64,000 bases of DNA, taken from an uncultured Nitrospinota bacterium (GTDB lineage Bacteria; Tectomicrobia; Entotheonellia; J063; CAVPRW01). Made by a program: the position numbers and the translations under genes. The notes under the pieces were generated by a model, which saw nothing but the letters and a program-made list of their open reading frames with translations, searched no databases and had not been told where the DNA came from. The stretch covers positions 64,001 to 128,000 of the forward strand of contig CAVPRW010000014.1 of NCBI GenBank assembly GCA_963707985.1. Direction: 5' to 3'. This document shows, one piece after another, positions 42,231-52,209 of this stretch. Each line of letters starts with the position of its first letter. The first letter of the stretch is position 1.

Positions 42231-43580
42231 ATGTTATATGAAGCGGAACGTGGTGACATGTCGATCGCTGTCGTCGGAGATGCGATGATTTCGCGGCGTA
42301 TGAGCCCCTATCGAGAACCGGACTTTCTCAAGCTTGTGGAGCTGTTGCGTAGCACCGACCTCAGTATCGCCAATCTCGAGTTTCTGTTTCATGACTTCGA
42401 ACACGCCTGGCAGTGGACCGGTGGGACATATACGCGTTCCGACCCCAAAAACCTCAGCGAGTTGAAATGGATGGGGATCAATGCTGTCCTCACCGCCAAT
42501 AATCACTCCTACGATTTCTCCGAGGGCGGCTACTTCACCACGCTCAAGCATCTGGAAGAGCACGACATCCCGCATGCCGGCGGCGGCAAAGACCTCGATC
42601 ATGCACGCGCCCCAGCCTATGTGGAACTGCCGCGCGGTCGGATCGCCATCATGTCGGCCTCGAGCACCTTCTCCGACATCTCGCGGGCAGGACCGGGGCG
42701 GCCGGATTTCCCCGGCCGGCCGGGGATCAATGCCCTGCGCCATCAGAAGACCCACAAAGTGACACCGGATGTCTTCGAGGCGCTGCAGAAGGCCAATCGC
42801 GAGCTAGGCTACGAGGAGCATGAGGAAGTCCAGGCGCAATTTGGGTTTTCCGGCCGGCCGAAACCCCTCGATAAGCGCACAGCTCTGCGTTTTCTCACCA
42901 ATGAATTCCATGTGGCCGAGTCGTTCTCGCTCGAAACCGCCGTCAATAAAGAGGATCTCGAGGGTATTGGCAAGTGGATCAAGGGTACCAAGAAGCAGGC
43001 CGACTGGTTGGTCTACGGCGTTCATTGCCACGAGAGTGGCACCACAGGTGAGTTTCACGGCGGCTCCAGGACCGCTCCGCCCGACTTCCTGGTGGAGTTC
43101 GCGCACTGGACCATCGACCAGGGCTGCGACCTCTTCGCCGGCCATGGGCCGCATTTCTTGCGCGGCATCGAGATCTACAAGGGCGCACCCATTTTCTACA
43201 GCCTCGGAAATTTCATCTTCCAAAACGAATCCATTACCTGGGTCCCACCCGAAGGCTACCACCGGTTCGACCTCGGCCATGAGCATACTCCGGGGGACTT
43301 TTTCGAGGTCCGTTCGGATGCCGGAAAGCGCGGTTTTCCGGCTGATCCGGTGTTCTGGCGCAGTGTCGTCGGGGTGTGCCAATACGAGGGGAAAGCGCTG
43401 AAAGAGGTCAGGCTCCACCCCATCGACATGGGCTTTGGACGCCCCATACCTCAGCGTGGTCGGCCGCTGTTGGCGCAAGGACAGGTAGCCCAGGAGACGC
43501 TGGAGTGGCTGCGACATGTCTCAGAGCCCTTCGGCACCCAGATCTCCATCGAAGGGGATGTTGGCATCATTCGCCCATAG
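42231..43580 (+). CDS. CapA family (PGA_cap) metallophosphatase-like protein
   Basis: Motifs VGDAMI, IANLE, ANNHSYDF, GVHCHE, AGHGPH.LRGIEIYKG.PIFYSLGNFIF. GAGGAGG Shine-Dalgarno. Confidence 0.9.
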   Translation: MLYEAERGDMSIAVVGDAMISRRMSPYREPDFLKLVELLRSTDLSIANLEFLFHDFEHAWQWTGGTYTRSDPKNLSELKWMGINAVLTANNHSYDFSEGGYFTTLKHLEEHDIPHAGGGKDLDHARAPAYVELPRGRIAIMSASSTFSDISRAGPGRPDFPGRPGINALRHQKTHKVTPDVFEALQKANRELGYEEHEEVQAQFGFSGRPKPLDKRTALRFLTNEFHVAESFSLETAVNKEDLEGIGKWIKGTKKQADWLVYGVHCHESGTTGEFHGGSRTAPPDFLVEFAHWTIDQGCDLFAGHGPHFLRGIEIYKGAPIFYSLGNFIFQNESITWVPPEGYHRFDLGHEHTPGDFFEVRSDAGKRGFPADPVFWRSVVGVCQYEGKALKEVRLHPIDMGFGRPIPQRGRPLLAQGQVAQETLEWLRHVSEPFGTQISIEGDVGIIRP

Positions 43581-43700
43581 CCAATCCGGGTGCAGGGCGG
43601 TGGCAAGCAACTGTAGTGTCCTCTTCCACCAGTGTGAAGGGGCGGGTCGGGGCACAGTCTGGGCGGGAGTCTGGGAGAGGCGAAGAGAGGGATCTCGATC

Positions 43701-44684
43701 ATGAATCAACTGCAGCCTGTTGAGACGCTTGTTGTCGATATCGCCATCGATAACCTGAGCGACAACTACTCGAGCAAACCCTCTCATATCTCACCCGAGT
43801 TCAACAACGTCATGGCGGCAGGCGCCACGGAGATCTCGGGCTCCACGCTCTGCTGCGCGCAGCTCGGCCTGGCGCTCGTCCTGACTGCTGTCGCCGGCGA
43901 TCAGCGTCACACGCTGCTGTTCGACGCCGGACCTGAGGGGGCCATCTTTCTCAGGAACTGCAGGAACCTCGGGGTCTCGCTGGCGGACGTCGAGGCCATC
44001 GCCATTTCGCATGGCCATTGGGATCATATGGGCGCGCTGCTGGACACGCTCGATCACATCACCCGACATAACAAGGGCCGACAGGTGCCGTGCCACGTGA
44101 ACCCGGGGATGTTCCTGGAGCGCGCCGCAACCCTGACGACCGGTCACATTGCCCCGTTTCAGCGCGTCCCTTCGCCTGAGGAGCTTGCGGCGCATGGTGC
44201 GCAGCTGGTCAACAGCAGTGCCCCGAGGTTTCTCCTGGATGATTGTTTCTACGTGAGCAGTGAGATTCCCAGGGTGTCAAGCTTCGAAAAGGGGCGTCCG
44301 GATCATCTCTGCCGACGGTCTGCCGACGAGCCGTGGCAACCTGATCCATTGATCATGGATGAACGCTACGTCGCGGTGCACGTGCGGGGCAAGGGCATCA
44401 TCGTTTTCAGTGCCTGTTCGCATGCGGGGATCATCAATGTCCTCGTCAATGCCCGTCAGGTGTTTCCGGATGTCCCGCTGTATGGCGTGCTCGGGGGCTT
44501 GCATCTCGCAGGGGCGGCGATGGAACGCCTGATTCCCGACACCATGGCGCATTTGAAACAGTTCGACCTACAACAAATCATGCCCGCGCATTGCACCGGC
44601 TGGCGTGCCCTCCATGCCCTATTGAACGAGTTTGGCGAGGCCAAGGTGACACCATCCGCCGTCGGCAGCCGGTTTACATTTTGA
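43701..44684 (+). CDS. MBL-fold metallo-hydrolase (DHPS-like/phosphodiesterase subgroup)
   Basis: Motifs LLFDAGP, ISHGHWDHMG, DER, SACSHAGIIN, GGLHL and PAHCTG. Confidence 0.9.
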   Translation: MNQLQPVETLVVDIAIDNLSDNYSSKPSHISPEFNNVMAAGATEISGSTLCCAQLGLALVLTAVAGDQRHTLLFDAGPEGAIFLRNCRNLGVSLADVEAIAISHGHWDHMGALLDTLDHITRHNKGRQVPCHVNPGMFLERAATLTTGHIAPFQRVPSPEELAAHGAQLVNSSAPRFLLDDCFYVSSEIPRVSSFEKGRPDHLCRRSADEPWQPDPLIMDERYVAVHVRGKGIIVFSACSHAGIINVLVNARQVFPDVPLYGVLGGLHLAGAAMERLIPDTMAHLKQFDLQQIMPAHCTGWRALHALLNEFGEAKVTPSAVGSRFTF

Positions 44685-44802
44685 TGCGGGCGAGATGGCG
44701 CAGCCGCCATGTCTCATGATGATACGGACTCATGGTGTCGGCGGAGCGCGCCTCACCGTCCTTGAAGCGATCGGGGCGCGCTCACGCCAACACCCTCTGG
44801 CT

Positions 44803-45639
44803 CTACTGCAAGAACTTGGCATACTGATCGAGCATCGGCAAGATCGTGTCCCGGCCCTCGGACGGCAGGCGGAGGATCACCCGTGTGGCACCGATGTCCC
44901 GATAGGTGTCGACCAGCTTCGGGTCGCCGGAGGCCCCAAAGACGGAGACAGAGATCGTCTGCATGTCACGCCCAGCCTTCGCGGCGCGATCCTTGAGCTC
45001 GGCCATGGCCTTGGTGACTAGCTCGGGGTTGCGGCTGCGTGGGAACCAGCCTTCGCAGTAGTCAACGATGCGCTGCAGCGTGTATGAGCTCTCGCCACCG
45101 AGCAGCACGGGAGGATGTGGCTGCTGAGCCGGTTTGGGCCAGCACCAGATCGGCTCGAAGTTCACGAACTCGCCGTGGAACTCGGCAACGTCTTTGGTCC
45201 AGATCTCTTTCATGGCACGCACCTGCTCGACCATCTTCTTGAAGCGCGTCTTGAACACCGTGCCGTGATGCTCCATCTCTTCGGCGTTCCAACCGCCACC
45301 GATGCCAAAGAGAAAACGGCCGCCCGAAAGCCGATCGAGGCTGGCGACCTCTTTGGCCGTAGTGATCGTATCGCGCTCGATGATGAGGCAAATGCCAGTG
45401 CCCAGCTTGAGATTCTTGGTCACCGCTGCAGCCAGCATCAACGAGATGAAGGGATCATAAGTGTGGCGGTACTCCTTCGGCAGCTCACCGCCCCCCGCCC
45501 AAGCGGAACGCCGGCTGGTGGGAATATGCGTGTGCTCGGGAACCCATAGCGATTCGAAGCCGCGTGCCTCGGTCTCGCGCGCCAGCTCATCGATGGGAAT
45601 GGCATAATCGGTGGCGAACATGGCAACGCCAATATGCAT
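44803..45639 (-). CDS. LLM-class probable F420-dependent oxidoreductase (Rv2161c-like)
   Basis: Motifs GFESLWVPEHTHIP, DPFISL, AKEVASLDRLSGGRFLFGIGGGWNAEEM and WPKPAQQPHPPVLLGG. Confidence 0.92.
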   Translation of the reverse strand: MHIGVAMFATDYAIPIDELARETEARGFESLWVPEHTHIPTSRRSAWAGGGELPKEYRHTYDPFISLMLAAAVTKNLKLGTGICLIIERDTITTAKEVASLDRLSGGRFLFGIGGGWNAEEMEHHGTVFKTRFKKMVEQVRAMKEIWTKDVAEFHGEFVNFEPIWCWPKPAQQPHPPVLLGGESSYTLQRIVDYCEGWFPRSRNPELVTKAMAELKDRAAKAGRDMQTISVSVFGASGDPKLVDTYRDIGATRVILRLPSEGRDTILPMLDQYAKFLQ

Positions 45640-45718
45640 TGTCGGTCTCCTCTGGGTGAATGGGATCGTGTTCTACTATGCTGAGAAAGGGGTGATCGAG
45701 ACTCCTGGCTCTATGTGG

Positions 45719-45925
45719 CCCTCACCCCCCCTCTCCCGCTCACAAGGGTAGGTTTTTTTAGACGCGACACTGACCCTGGGTCATTTCTCCCTCTCCCAGA
45801 GGGCGAGGGCGGGGGTGAGGGGTCTTGTGCGATGACACCATCCAGCCCTCACCCTAACCCTCTCCCAGAGGGCGAGGGGACGAAAAACCTACGCCAGAAA
45901 GCCCCTCTCCCGGAGGGAGAGGGCG
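45719..45925. repeat. Cluster of CCCTCACCC/CCCTCTCCC-GGGxGAGGG REP-like palindromes with a nested MITE-like unit
   Basis: Two inverted CCCTCTCCCAGAGGGCGAGGG units sit between GTAGGTTTTT (45748) and AAAAACCTAC (45883-45892), inside a split outer copy. Confidence 0.75.
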
Positions 45926-45948
45926 GAATAGTAGGCGAGGCGGGTCGC

Positions 45949-47058
45949 CTAGCCCTGGAAAATGTCCTCCGGCAAAAAGGCGGAGACGGTCACATTGGGC
46001 AGATCGACGATGTTGCTGACGCGCAGGTCCACCGCCACGCTACAGATGATATAGGCCTGTTGCCGACTCCAGCCACGCTCTTGCAGCAACTCGATCATAT
46101 TGATCAGGGCATTGCGGGCAGCCAGCGTCAGATCCTCACCCTCCTGCGTACCGTCCTCGCGTACCGGCATGCCCATGGTGGCGATGAAGTTGCGCGGTGC
46201 GGCCCATTCGGGGGGGAGGAAGTAGCCGGGATGTGCGAAGCGGGGCCAGCGGATGTTGTGTCGTGCCGCTTCCCCTGCGTGGAGGCGAAAGCGCACCGCC
46301 GCCGTGGCACCCATCTCGATGGCGGTGATGCAGCATTCCGAGTCACCCTGAGCAAAATGCCCATCGCCCGCGGAGTAGAGGGCTCCCTCGACATTGACCG
46401 GGATCAGCAGGCGCGAGCCTTTGGTCAACTGTTTGGCATCGACATTGCCACAGTTCTCACGCGGCGGCAGCGTGCGCAGACCTTGGCGGGCGATCGCTCC
46501 GCCTGTCGGCACGGCATCTTCGGCATCAGGCGGAAAGGCGATACCACCGCGAGCCACCAGGTCAGCTTCCCGCCGCGTCCAGGCTTCAAGTTGGGCGTGG
46601 GATGGGGCGATACCAGCCGTGCCCATGAAGGAGCCGTTCGGGATGCGGACTCCAGGGATCTGCGGTGATGTGGCCCAGCCATCCTTCATCTCCCAGTGGA
46701 CGAGATAGGGCTCGGTGAACAGGTCACGCAGGAAGCCGGCGCCGGGGCGGTTTCGGGTCCAGCCAGCGGGCTGCGGGACGATGTCGAGATACTCGATCTC
46801 TAGCAGGTCACCCGGTTTGGCGCCCTTGACATACACCGGACCGGTTAACGGGTGAGCCACCTTGGTGTCGAGGCGGTTCAGATCGGCCACCGTCATGCCG
46901 GGTTTGATTTGGCAATCGGACGCATCGCGGGTTTCCAGAACGACTTCCTCGCCGACGTCCACCTCCGCGATCGGCGGAATATCGGGGTGCCAACGGTTGT
47001 GCCCGAGATGGGACTCTTCTTTGAGGCGCTTGGTGCGGTCGATGGTGATGCTCTTCAT
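45949..47058 (-). CDS. Acetamidase/formamidase family protein
   Basis: Motifs HNRWHPDIPP, HPLTGPVYVKGAKPGD, PPRENCGNVD, GDGHFAQGDSE.C.TAIEM and AYIICSVAVDL. Confidence 0.92.
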   Translation of the reverse strand: MKSITIDRTKRLKEESHLGHNRWHPDIPPIAEVDVGEEVVLETRDASDCQIKPGMTVADLNRLDTKVAHPLTGPVYVKGAKPGDLLEIEYLDIVPQPAGWTRNRPGAGFLRDLFTEPYLVHWEMKDGWATSPQIPGVRIPNGSFMGTAGIAPSHAQLEAWTRREADLVARGGIAFPPDAEDAVPTGGAIARQGLRTLPPRENCGNVDAKQLTKGSRLLIPVNVEGALYSAGDGHFAQGDSECCITAIEMGATAAVRFRLHAGEAARHNIRWPRFAHPGYFLPPEWAAPRNFIATMGMPVREDGTQEGEDLTLAARNALINMIELLQERGWSRQQAYIICSVAVDLRVSNIVDLPNVTVSAFLPEDIFQG

Positions 47059-47114
47059 GAGGTGCTCCTTCATGGCCCGACTACGACTCGTCATCTGGGA
47101 GCTCTGATCTGCGC

Positions 47115-47143
47115 AGGATAGGACAAGACCTGGGTTTCGTCAA
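47115..47143 (-). promoter_or_regulatory. Sigma70-type promoter for the acetamidase gene
   Basis: Minus strand TTGACG-N17-TATCCT. Confidence 0.55.
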
Positions 47144-47479
47144 GCTCACCGCCTCGATCCTCTGAGCCTGTCGAGGGATAGCAATCGTCGCCTCAACAGT
47201 GACTCAGTCATGCAAACCACCTCCTCACGTCCCAGCTCTCCTCCATTCCCTGGCGAGCCCCAGCACTATGCTCATGCGAGGCCCAGGCGTTCAGTCGTAA
47301 GGAAATGGGGCTGGTCGCTCGTGCTGCCAGGGACGGGGTGACATTGATTCACCTCGGCTGGGATCTACAGAGAGATGTACGATCGGTACTGGCAGTGATG
47401 GAGTACCTGTTCGATCCTCGGCGGGTCCGATCGCCACGGGGCGCACAAGGCGTCGCGGTGGCGATCGGGTTCGGACGTG

Positions 47480-48133
47480 CTATCGCGGGGAATAAGGAGT
47501 GAGGCGCAGGATGGTATGGCGGCTCACCCGCACTAGAGGGCCATTCTTTTCCGATTCGGCCCGTGCCTGCTGCCATGCCGGGTCCGCCTGAAACGCGGTC
47601 CAGCTTTTTTCCCGTGCTCCCAGGTCAGGATATCCAAGCATATACACCAGGCGGTTGCTGGTACCGACGTCCTCGGTCCAGTAGGCGACGTTGTCAATGC
47701 CATGCTTCTTGAAGAGCTCTATGGTATGGTTGGCGAAGCGATCATGCAGGGCCGGCAATTTGCCGGGCATGGCGTCGTAGACGCGCAGTTCATGGATCTT
47801 GGACCCCAGCTGAGGCTGTGGCGAGTACGGGGTCAGCCGCATGAAAGCGTTGACCACGTGGTCGACAATCGGCCCAGCCGCTTCGGTTTCCGACCGCACC
47901 TGCTGCCAGGCAGGATCGGCCTGGAAGGCGGTCCACTTCTTCTCCCGGTCAGCCATGCTGTCAAACACGAGGATGTAGGTGAGCTGGTTGCTCGTGCCGA
48001 TCTCGGCGGTCCAGAACCCCAGTATGCCGATGCCATGATTCTTGAAGATACCTATCGTGTGCTTGGCAAAGCGATCATTGATAGCCGGGAGCTTGCCAGG
48101 CACGGTGGTGTAGACACGTGCTTCGTAAAGCAT
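47480..48133 (-). CDS. Tandem NIPSNAP domain protein
   Basis: Two repeats of YE.RVY...PGKLPA..DRFA.HT..FK.HGI...W...W.AFQADPAWQ...L.PYSP. Confidence 0.92.
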   Translation of the reverse strand: MLYEARVYTTVPGKLPAINDRFAKHTIGIFKNHGIGILGFWTAEIGTSNQLTYILVFDSMADREKKWTAFQADPAWQQVRSETEAAGPIVDHVVNAFMRLTPYSPQPQLGSKIHELRVYDAMPGKLPALHDRFANHTIELFKKHGIDNVAYWTEDVGTSNRLVYMLGYPDLGAREKSWTAFQADPAWQQARAESEKNGPLVRVSRHTILRLTPYSPR

Positions 48134-48188
48134 CAGAGACCTCCCTCCAGCCTAGAAAGACACGCACAGTGTCGAGCGCGCCCTAACG

Positions 48189-48548
48189 CTAGGCCTTCAT
48201 CTCGATGAACTCGAGCTGTACGCCGTCCGGTCCTTCGAAGAAGCATACCCGTCGCCCGCCGGAGATCATGGTTTGTTCCAGGATGTTGATCCCTTGGGTT
48301 TTGAGCTTTTCTACCAGTGTATCCAGCTCATCGGTGTCGATGGCGATGTGTTCCATGCCATATTTTTGCTCACGGGTTTGGCTATCGAGGAACGTGGTCA
48401 CATTGAGCGATAGCCCATGCAGATCCAGGCGATAGCTGCCGTTGCTGGCCTTGTTGACGATCGTGGCGCCCAGCGTGTCGACGTAGAATTTTGCCGTCTT
48501 CTCCGGATCCTTGGTCTTCAGATGCACGTGGTTGAGTTTCAACGACAT
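48189..48548 (-). CDS. VOC/glyoxalase family protein
   Basis: Motifs LNHVHLK, FYVDTLGA, EHIAI and FFEGPDGVQLEFIE. GAGGAGG before the ATG at 48548. Confidence 0.9.
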   Translation of the reverse strand: MSLKLNHVHLKTKDPEKTAKFYVDTLGATIVNKASNGSYRLDLHGLSLNVTTFLDSQTREQKYGMEHIAIDTDELDTLVEKLKTQGINILEQTMISGGRRVCFFEGPDGVQLEFIEMKA

Positions 48549-48719
48549 GAGACACCTCCTCGCATGGTTGGTAGGAGCCACCATCATCCGACGCCCGCGG
48601 CGTGGGCATGAGGTAGCTGACCTGGAAAGGCCGGAAGCGTATTGGCAAGGGTTAGGGCCCACCTTCAACCCATCCCCTTGGACCAAGCGTCAGCCGCAGG
48701 ATAGGCCAAGATGCTGCTG

Positions 48720-48975
48720 ACGTCAAGCGCTGCTTTTGCTGCATAGATATTCCACAGCACTCTGGAACCAGGGAGATCATCCCTTGGGTATGCTGACCCG
48801 GATTGCATCGAAGGTTTGCCGACCAAAACCGGAACCGCATCCTATCCCCAACAGGCATGCAACAAACTCAGAGGTCAGTGATGTCACACTCTAGCACGCT
48901 TTCTGGCGGAATGGATGTGCATAAAGAGTGTATTGCGGTGGCTTCTGGAGGGCAAGAACATCGCGTGGCGGCGTG
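48720..48975 (+). mobile_element. IS110-family remnant: upstream non-coding end plus the first ~30 codons of the recombinase
   Basis: ATG at 48881 reads MSHSSTLSGGMDVHKECIAVA, matching the IS110 N-terminal GxDVHK-xxI-VA motif. The upstream ~160 nt has several hairpins. Boundaries are approximate. Confidence 0.7.
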
Positions 48976-49011
48976 TGGGCCTCCCATGAGAGGCAGGCCT
49001 CAGTAGTCTGT

Positions 49012-49112
49012 GCTCCCCTCTGCCCCCTTTATGCAAGGGGGGCAGAGAAGATTTCTTGGACAGGCTTTTAGCGGAGTGCCCCCTCTCGCTTCTCTGGGAG
49101 GAGGGAGTGTAG
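49012..49112. repeat. REP-like palindromes
   Basis: CTCTGCCCCCTTT-ATGC-AAGGGGGGCAGAG hairpin and a degenerate CCCCTCTC...GGGAGGAGGG unit. Confidence 0.55.
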
Positions 49113-49488
49113 GGTAACCCGTTTGGTCAAAAAACTCAAACACATTGTTGTCACAGAGCTTATGGGTTTATTGTCACCCACTCCTCTCCTGACATTCCAC
49201 CTAGGTTTCCCCATCCTCTTCACAAACGAGAGGCGACTACGGGGTGGGCTGACATATGAGGTGGAAGTCACTGCTGGCCTCTATCATGGGGTCCGTCAAT
49301 GCGGGAACTCCGCCTGGGCAACTTTCGGACCATGGAGGCGTGGTGTTAGCCCCGAGACAACTTGTAAATCACGGTCGACCGTTTTATGATTGGTGCATAC
49401 GAGTATCACAAGTCTAGCAGTCCCCTCGAGGATCGACATCGGGGATTGCCTATCACACACCAACCGTCTCTGCCAAGACCGAGGGAAG

Positions 49489-50334
49489 ATGACCAACCAC
49501 CCCCACCAGCAACCCGATCCGGGCCCTAGCAGGGCGGATCGTTATGTCGCCGGCTACAGCCCCGCCACCATCCAACACTACACGAGGCGTACGGCGGCTC
49601 GCCAGGCAGCGTTTATCCTCCCCTACTTGAGATCCGGTATGACGCTGTTAGACTGCGGATGCGGCCCAGGCACGATTACCCTCGGCCTCGCGCATACCGT
49701 CGCTCCAGGTCTGGTCGTGGGCATTGATATCGACTCCAGTGTGGTGGAACGTGCGCGTGTTCTGGGGCGGGAGCAAGGGGTCTCCACGGTTCACTTCCAA
49801 GTCGCCAGCAGCTTCGCACTGCCGTTCGCTGAAGGCTCTTTCGACGCCGTCTTCGCGCATACGCTTCTGCAACACCTCAGCAGGCCGATACGAGCGCTCC
49901 AAGAGATGGGTCGAGTGTTGAAAGCTGGGGGAGTCATTGGCATCCGCACGGTCGACCACGGTGGACGGATGATCGTGCCTGCCAACCAAGGGTTGGATGA
50001 TTATTACGACCTTCATGAACGGATATGGACGCATCATGGGAGTGACCTTCGTCTGGGGAGGCACCTGCGGAGCTTGCTGCGCCAGGCGGGATTTCTCCGC
50101 ATTGAAGGGTCGGCCTCGTATGATTACGATGGGACGTTGGCGGAGACTCGGGCGCTGGCGCTGGCGCAGATTGCACGGATCAAGAGTACGCCATCCTTTG
50201 AGGAGGCCATTGAGGCCGGGTGGGTGGACCGACCCACGTTGGAAAAGATGATGGCGGCGTGGCAGGAGTGGGGAGAGCACCCGGACGCGTTCCACGCCAT
50301 TGCCATGTGCGAGGTGGTGGGCTGGAAGGCGTGA
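49489..50334 (+). CDS. Class I SAM-dependent methyltransferase (UbiE-like)
   Basis: Motifs LLDCGCGPGTIT, VVGIDID, LPFAEGSFDAVFAH and RVLKAGG. Confidence 0.92.
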   Translation: MTNHPHQQPDPGPSRADRYVAGYSPATIQHYTRRTAARQAAFILPYLRSGMTLLDCGCGPGTITLGLAHTVAPGLVVGIDIDSSVVERARVLGREQGVSTVHFQVASSFALPFAEGSFDAVFAHTLLQHLSRPIRALQEMGRVLKAGGVIGIRTVDHGGRMIVPANQGLDDYYDLHERIWTHHGSDLRLGRHLRSLLRQAGFLRIEGSASYDYDGTLAETRALALAQIARIKSTPSFEEAIEAGWVDRPTLEKMMAAWQEWGEHPDAFHAIAMCEVVGWKA

Positions 50335-50356
50335 GAGAGGGGTCGAGTCGTCTGGC

Positions 50357-51154
50357 CTACTGCATGCCCCATTTGCCCAATAACCCGCGATCGCGAGCTA
50401 CGTTGAACATATGCAGCAGCATACCCATGGCGGCCATCAGGTAGATAATATTCAAGCCAGCGGCCCAGGCGAGGTTGCCCCAGGAGATGGTACCGGTGCC
50501 AATCACCTCACGCATCCCCTCAAAGACGTATGTACAGGGGATGGCCCAGGCCACCTTTTGCATCGCTGCAGGCAGGACGCTCACAGGATAGAACACCGCC
50601 GAAAAGGGTTGGAGTAGGAATGGCAACGCCCAGGCAAAGGGTTCGGCCCCATGTCCATAACGCAGCACAATCGCCATGGTGATGATGCCAATGGTCAAGC
50701 CAAGCATCAGGAGGTTGGCGATAAAAGGGATGAGGGCCACCCCAAGCGCGAAGAAGTTGAAGTGATAGAGCAACCACGCCAGCACGCAGAGGAACATCAG
50801 GGTCACGCCGACGCGTAACAGCCCAAACAGGAAGGTAGCCAGGACATATTCGCTCAGGCGGACAGGGGCGCAGAAAATATTGAGGAGATTCCGAGCCCAG
50901 ATATCCTCCAGAAATGACAGCGATACACCCTGCTGGGCGCGAAACAGAATGTCCCAACCAATCATCGCCCCAATCAAGAACGTGATGAAGCCCGGCAAGC
51001 TCCCCTCGGTGGAGCGTTGAATGAATGTCGTCATAAAGCCCCAGACCAGGAGAGACATCGTCGGCCAGAACAGTATCTCGATCAAACGAATCGGGCTGCG
51101 GCGAAAGACGAAGACATAACGCAGCACCATGACCCATATACGCTGGAGAGTCAT
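50357..51154 (-). CDS. ABC-2 type exporter permease
   Basis: Six TM segments, FLEDIWARNLLNIF..P and FYPVSVLP. Confidence 0.9.
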   Translation of the reverse strand: MTLQRIWVMVLRYVFVFRRSPIRLIEILFWPTMSLLVWGFMTTFIQRSTEGSLPGFITFLIGAMIGWDILFRAQQGVSLSFLEDIWARNLLNIFCAPVRLSEYVLATFLFGLLRVGVTLMFLCVLAWLLYHFNFFALGVALIPFIANLLMLGLTIGIITMAIVLRYGHGAEPFAWALPFLLQPFSAVFYPVSVLPAAMQKVAWAIPCTYVFEGMREVIGTGTISWGNLAWAAGLNIIYLMAAMGMLLHMFNVARDRGLLGKWGMQ

Positions 51155-51915
51155 CGTGGTCCTCCAGCATCGACGACCTCACCACTGCGGGCGATACGAA
51201 TAAACACTTCCTCAAGGTTGTGCGTCCGAAATTGTTCGATGACTTGCGTCGGCGTGCCCTCGGCGATTAAATGGCCAGTCCGTAGGAAGAGCAGGCGATC
51301 GCAGATCTCTTCGATATCGCGCATGTTATGCGAGGTATATAAGATCGCGACACCATCTTCTTGTTGCACCCGACGCAGAATTTTGCGCACCTTATCGGCG
51401 ATGTCGGGGTCTAGACTCGCCGTTGGCTCATCGAGCAACAACAGCTCCGGGCGATTCAGCAGGGCCTTACAGAGGTTGACGCGGCTGACCTCGCCACTGG
51501 AGAGACTCCCAGTAATCGTCTTCCGCAGATGGTGGATTTCCATCAGGTTCAGGAGGACGTCGAGACGTCGCCAGGCATCTTTCACGCCGTAGAGCTTGGC
51601 GAAGATCCAGAGATTTTCGGACACCGTCAGATTCATCGGGAGATTCACGCCCACCGAGGAAAAATTCATCCGCCGTAAAATCTCGATGCGGTGCTGTTCG
51701 TGGTCCTGGCCAAAGATCTCGATCCGTCCCGAGGTCGGGCGGATTAACCCCAGGATCATCTGCAGCGTGGTAGTTTTCCCGGCCCCATTGGCCCCAAGGA
51801 TGCCGACGATTTCGCCACGGGCGATGCTGAAACTCAAGCCGTCGACTGCCACGACGTCGTTGAACCGCTTGGTCAAGTCACGGATCTCTAACACTGCTGG
51901 GCTCTGGCTTGGCAT
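51151..51915 (-). CDS. ABC exporter ATP-binding protein
   Basis: Motifs GANGAGKTT, LSSGE, LLLLDEPTASLD and TSHNM. Confidence 0.93.
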   Translation of the reverse strand: MPSQSPAVLEIRDLTKRFNDVVAVDGLSFSIARGEIVGILGANGAGKTTTLQMILGLIRPTSGRIEIFGQDHEQHRIEILRRMNFSSVGVNLPMNLTVSENLWIFAKLYGVKDAWRRLDVLLNLMEIHHLRKTITGSLSSGEVSRVNLCKALLNRPELLLLDEPTASLDPDIADKVRKILRRVQQEDGVAILYTSHNMRDIEEICDRLLFLRTGHLIAEGTPTQVIEQFRTHNLEEVFIRIARSGEVVDAGGPR

Positions 51916-52209
51916 AGGGCTACAAGATACCAGCGCGATGGGGTTGTGGCAAGTCGGAGCATACCATGGTCAAATGACGCCACCGCACTCATCTCATCAC
52001 ATTTGCCTACGTCGTACACGATTGCCTGCCCAACGAGGGCCGGTACCACGCGTGGCTGCGGGTCAATAGCGGGGAATCGAACTGTCGAACGGACTCCGCG
52101 TCTGGCTCAGCGGTTGTCGTGCGAGTACCAGACGTGCTAGGATCTCGGTGACAAGATTTCAAACTCACTGGGATTAAGGTTGTATGTTGTATGTCGTATA
52201 AGGAGCTTT

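Noticed and set aside
45715..46668. 317-aa plus-strand ORF with PLPEGEG repeats
   Set aside because: It is the translation of REP-like DNA plus the antisense of the acetamidase gene.
47160..47480. 65-aa ORF 47305..47502
   Set aside because: No motif, a weak RBS and an overlap with the NIPSNAP 3' end, so it cannot be supported.
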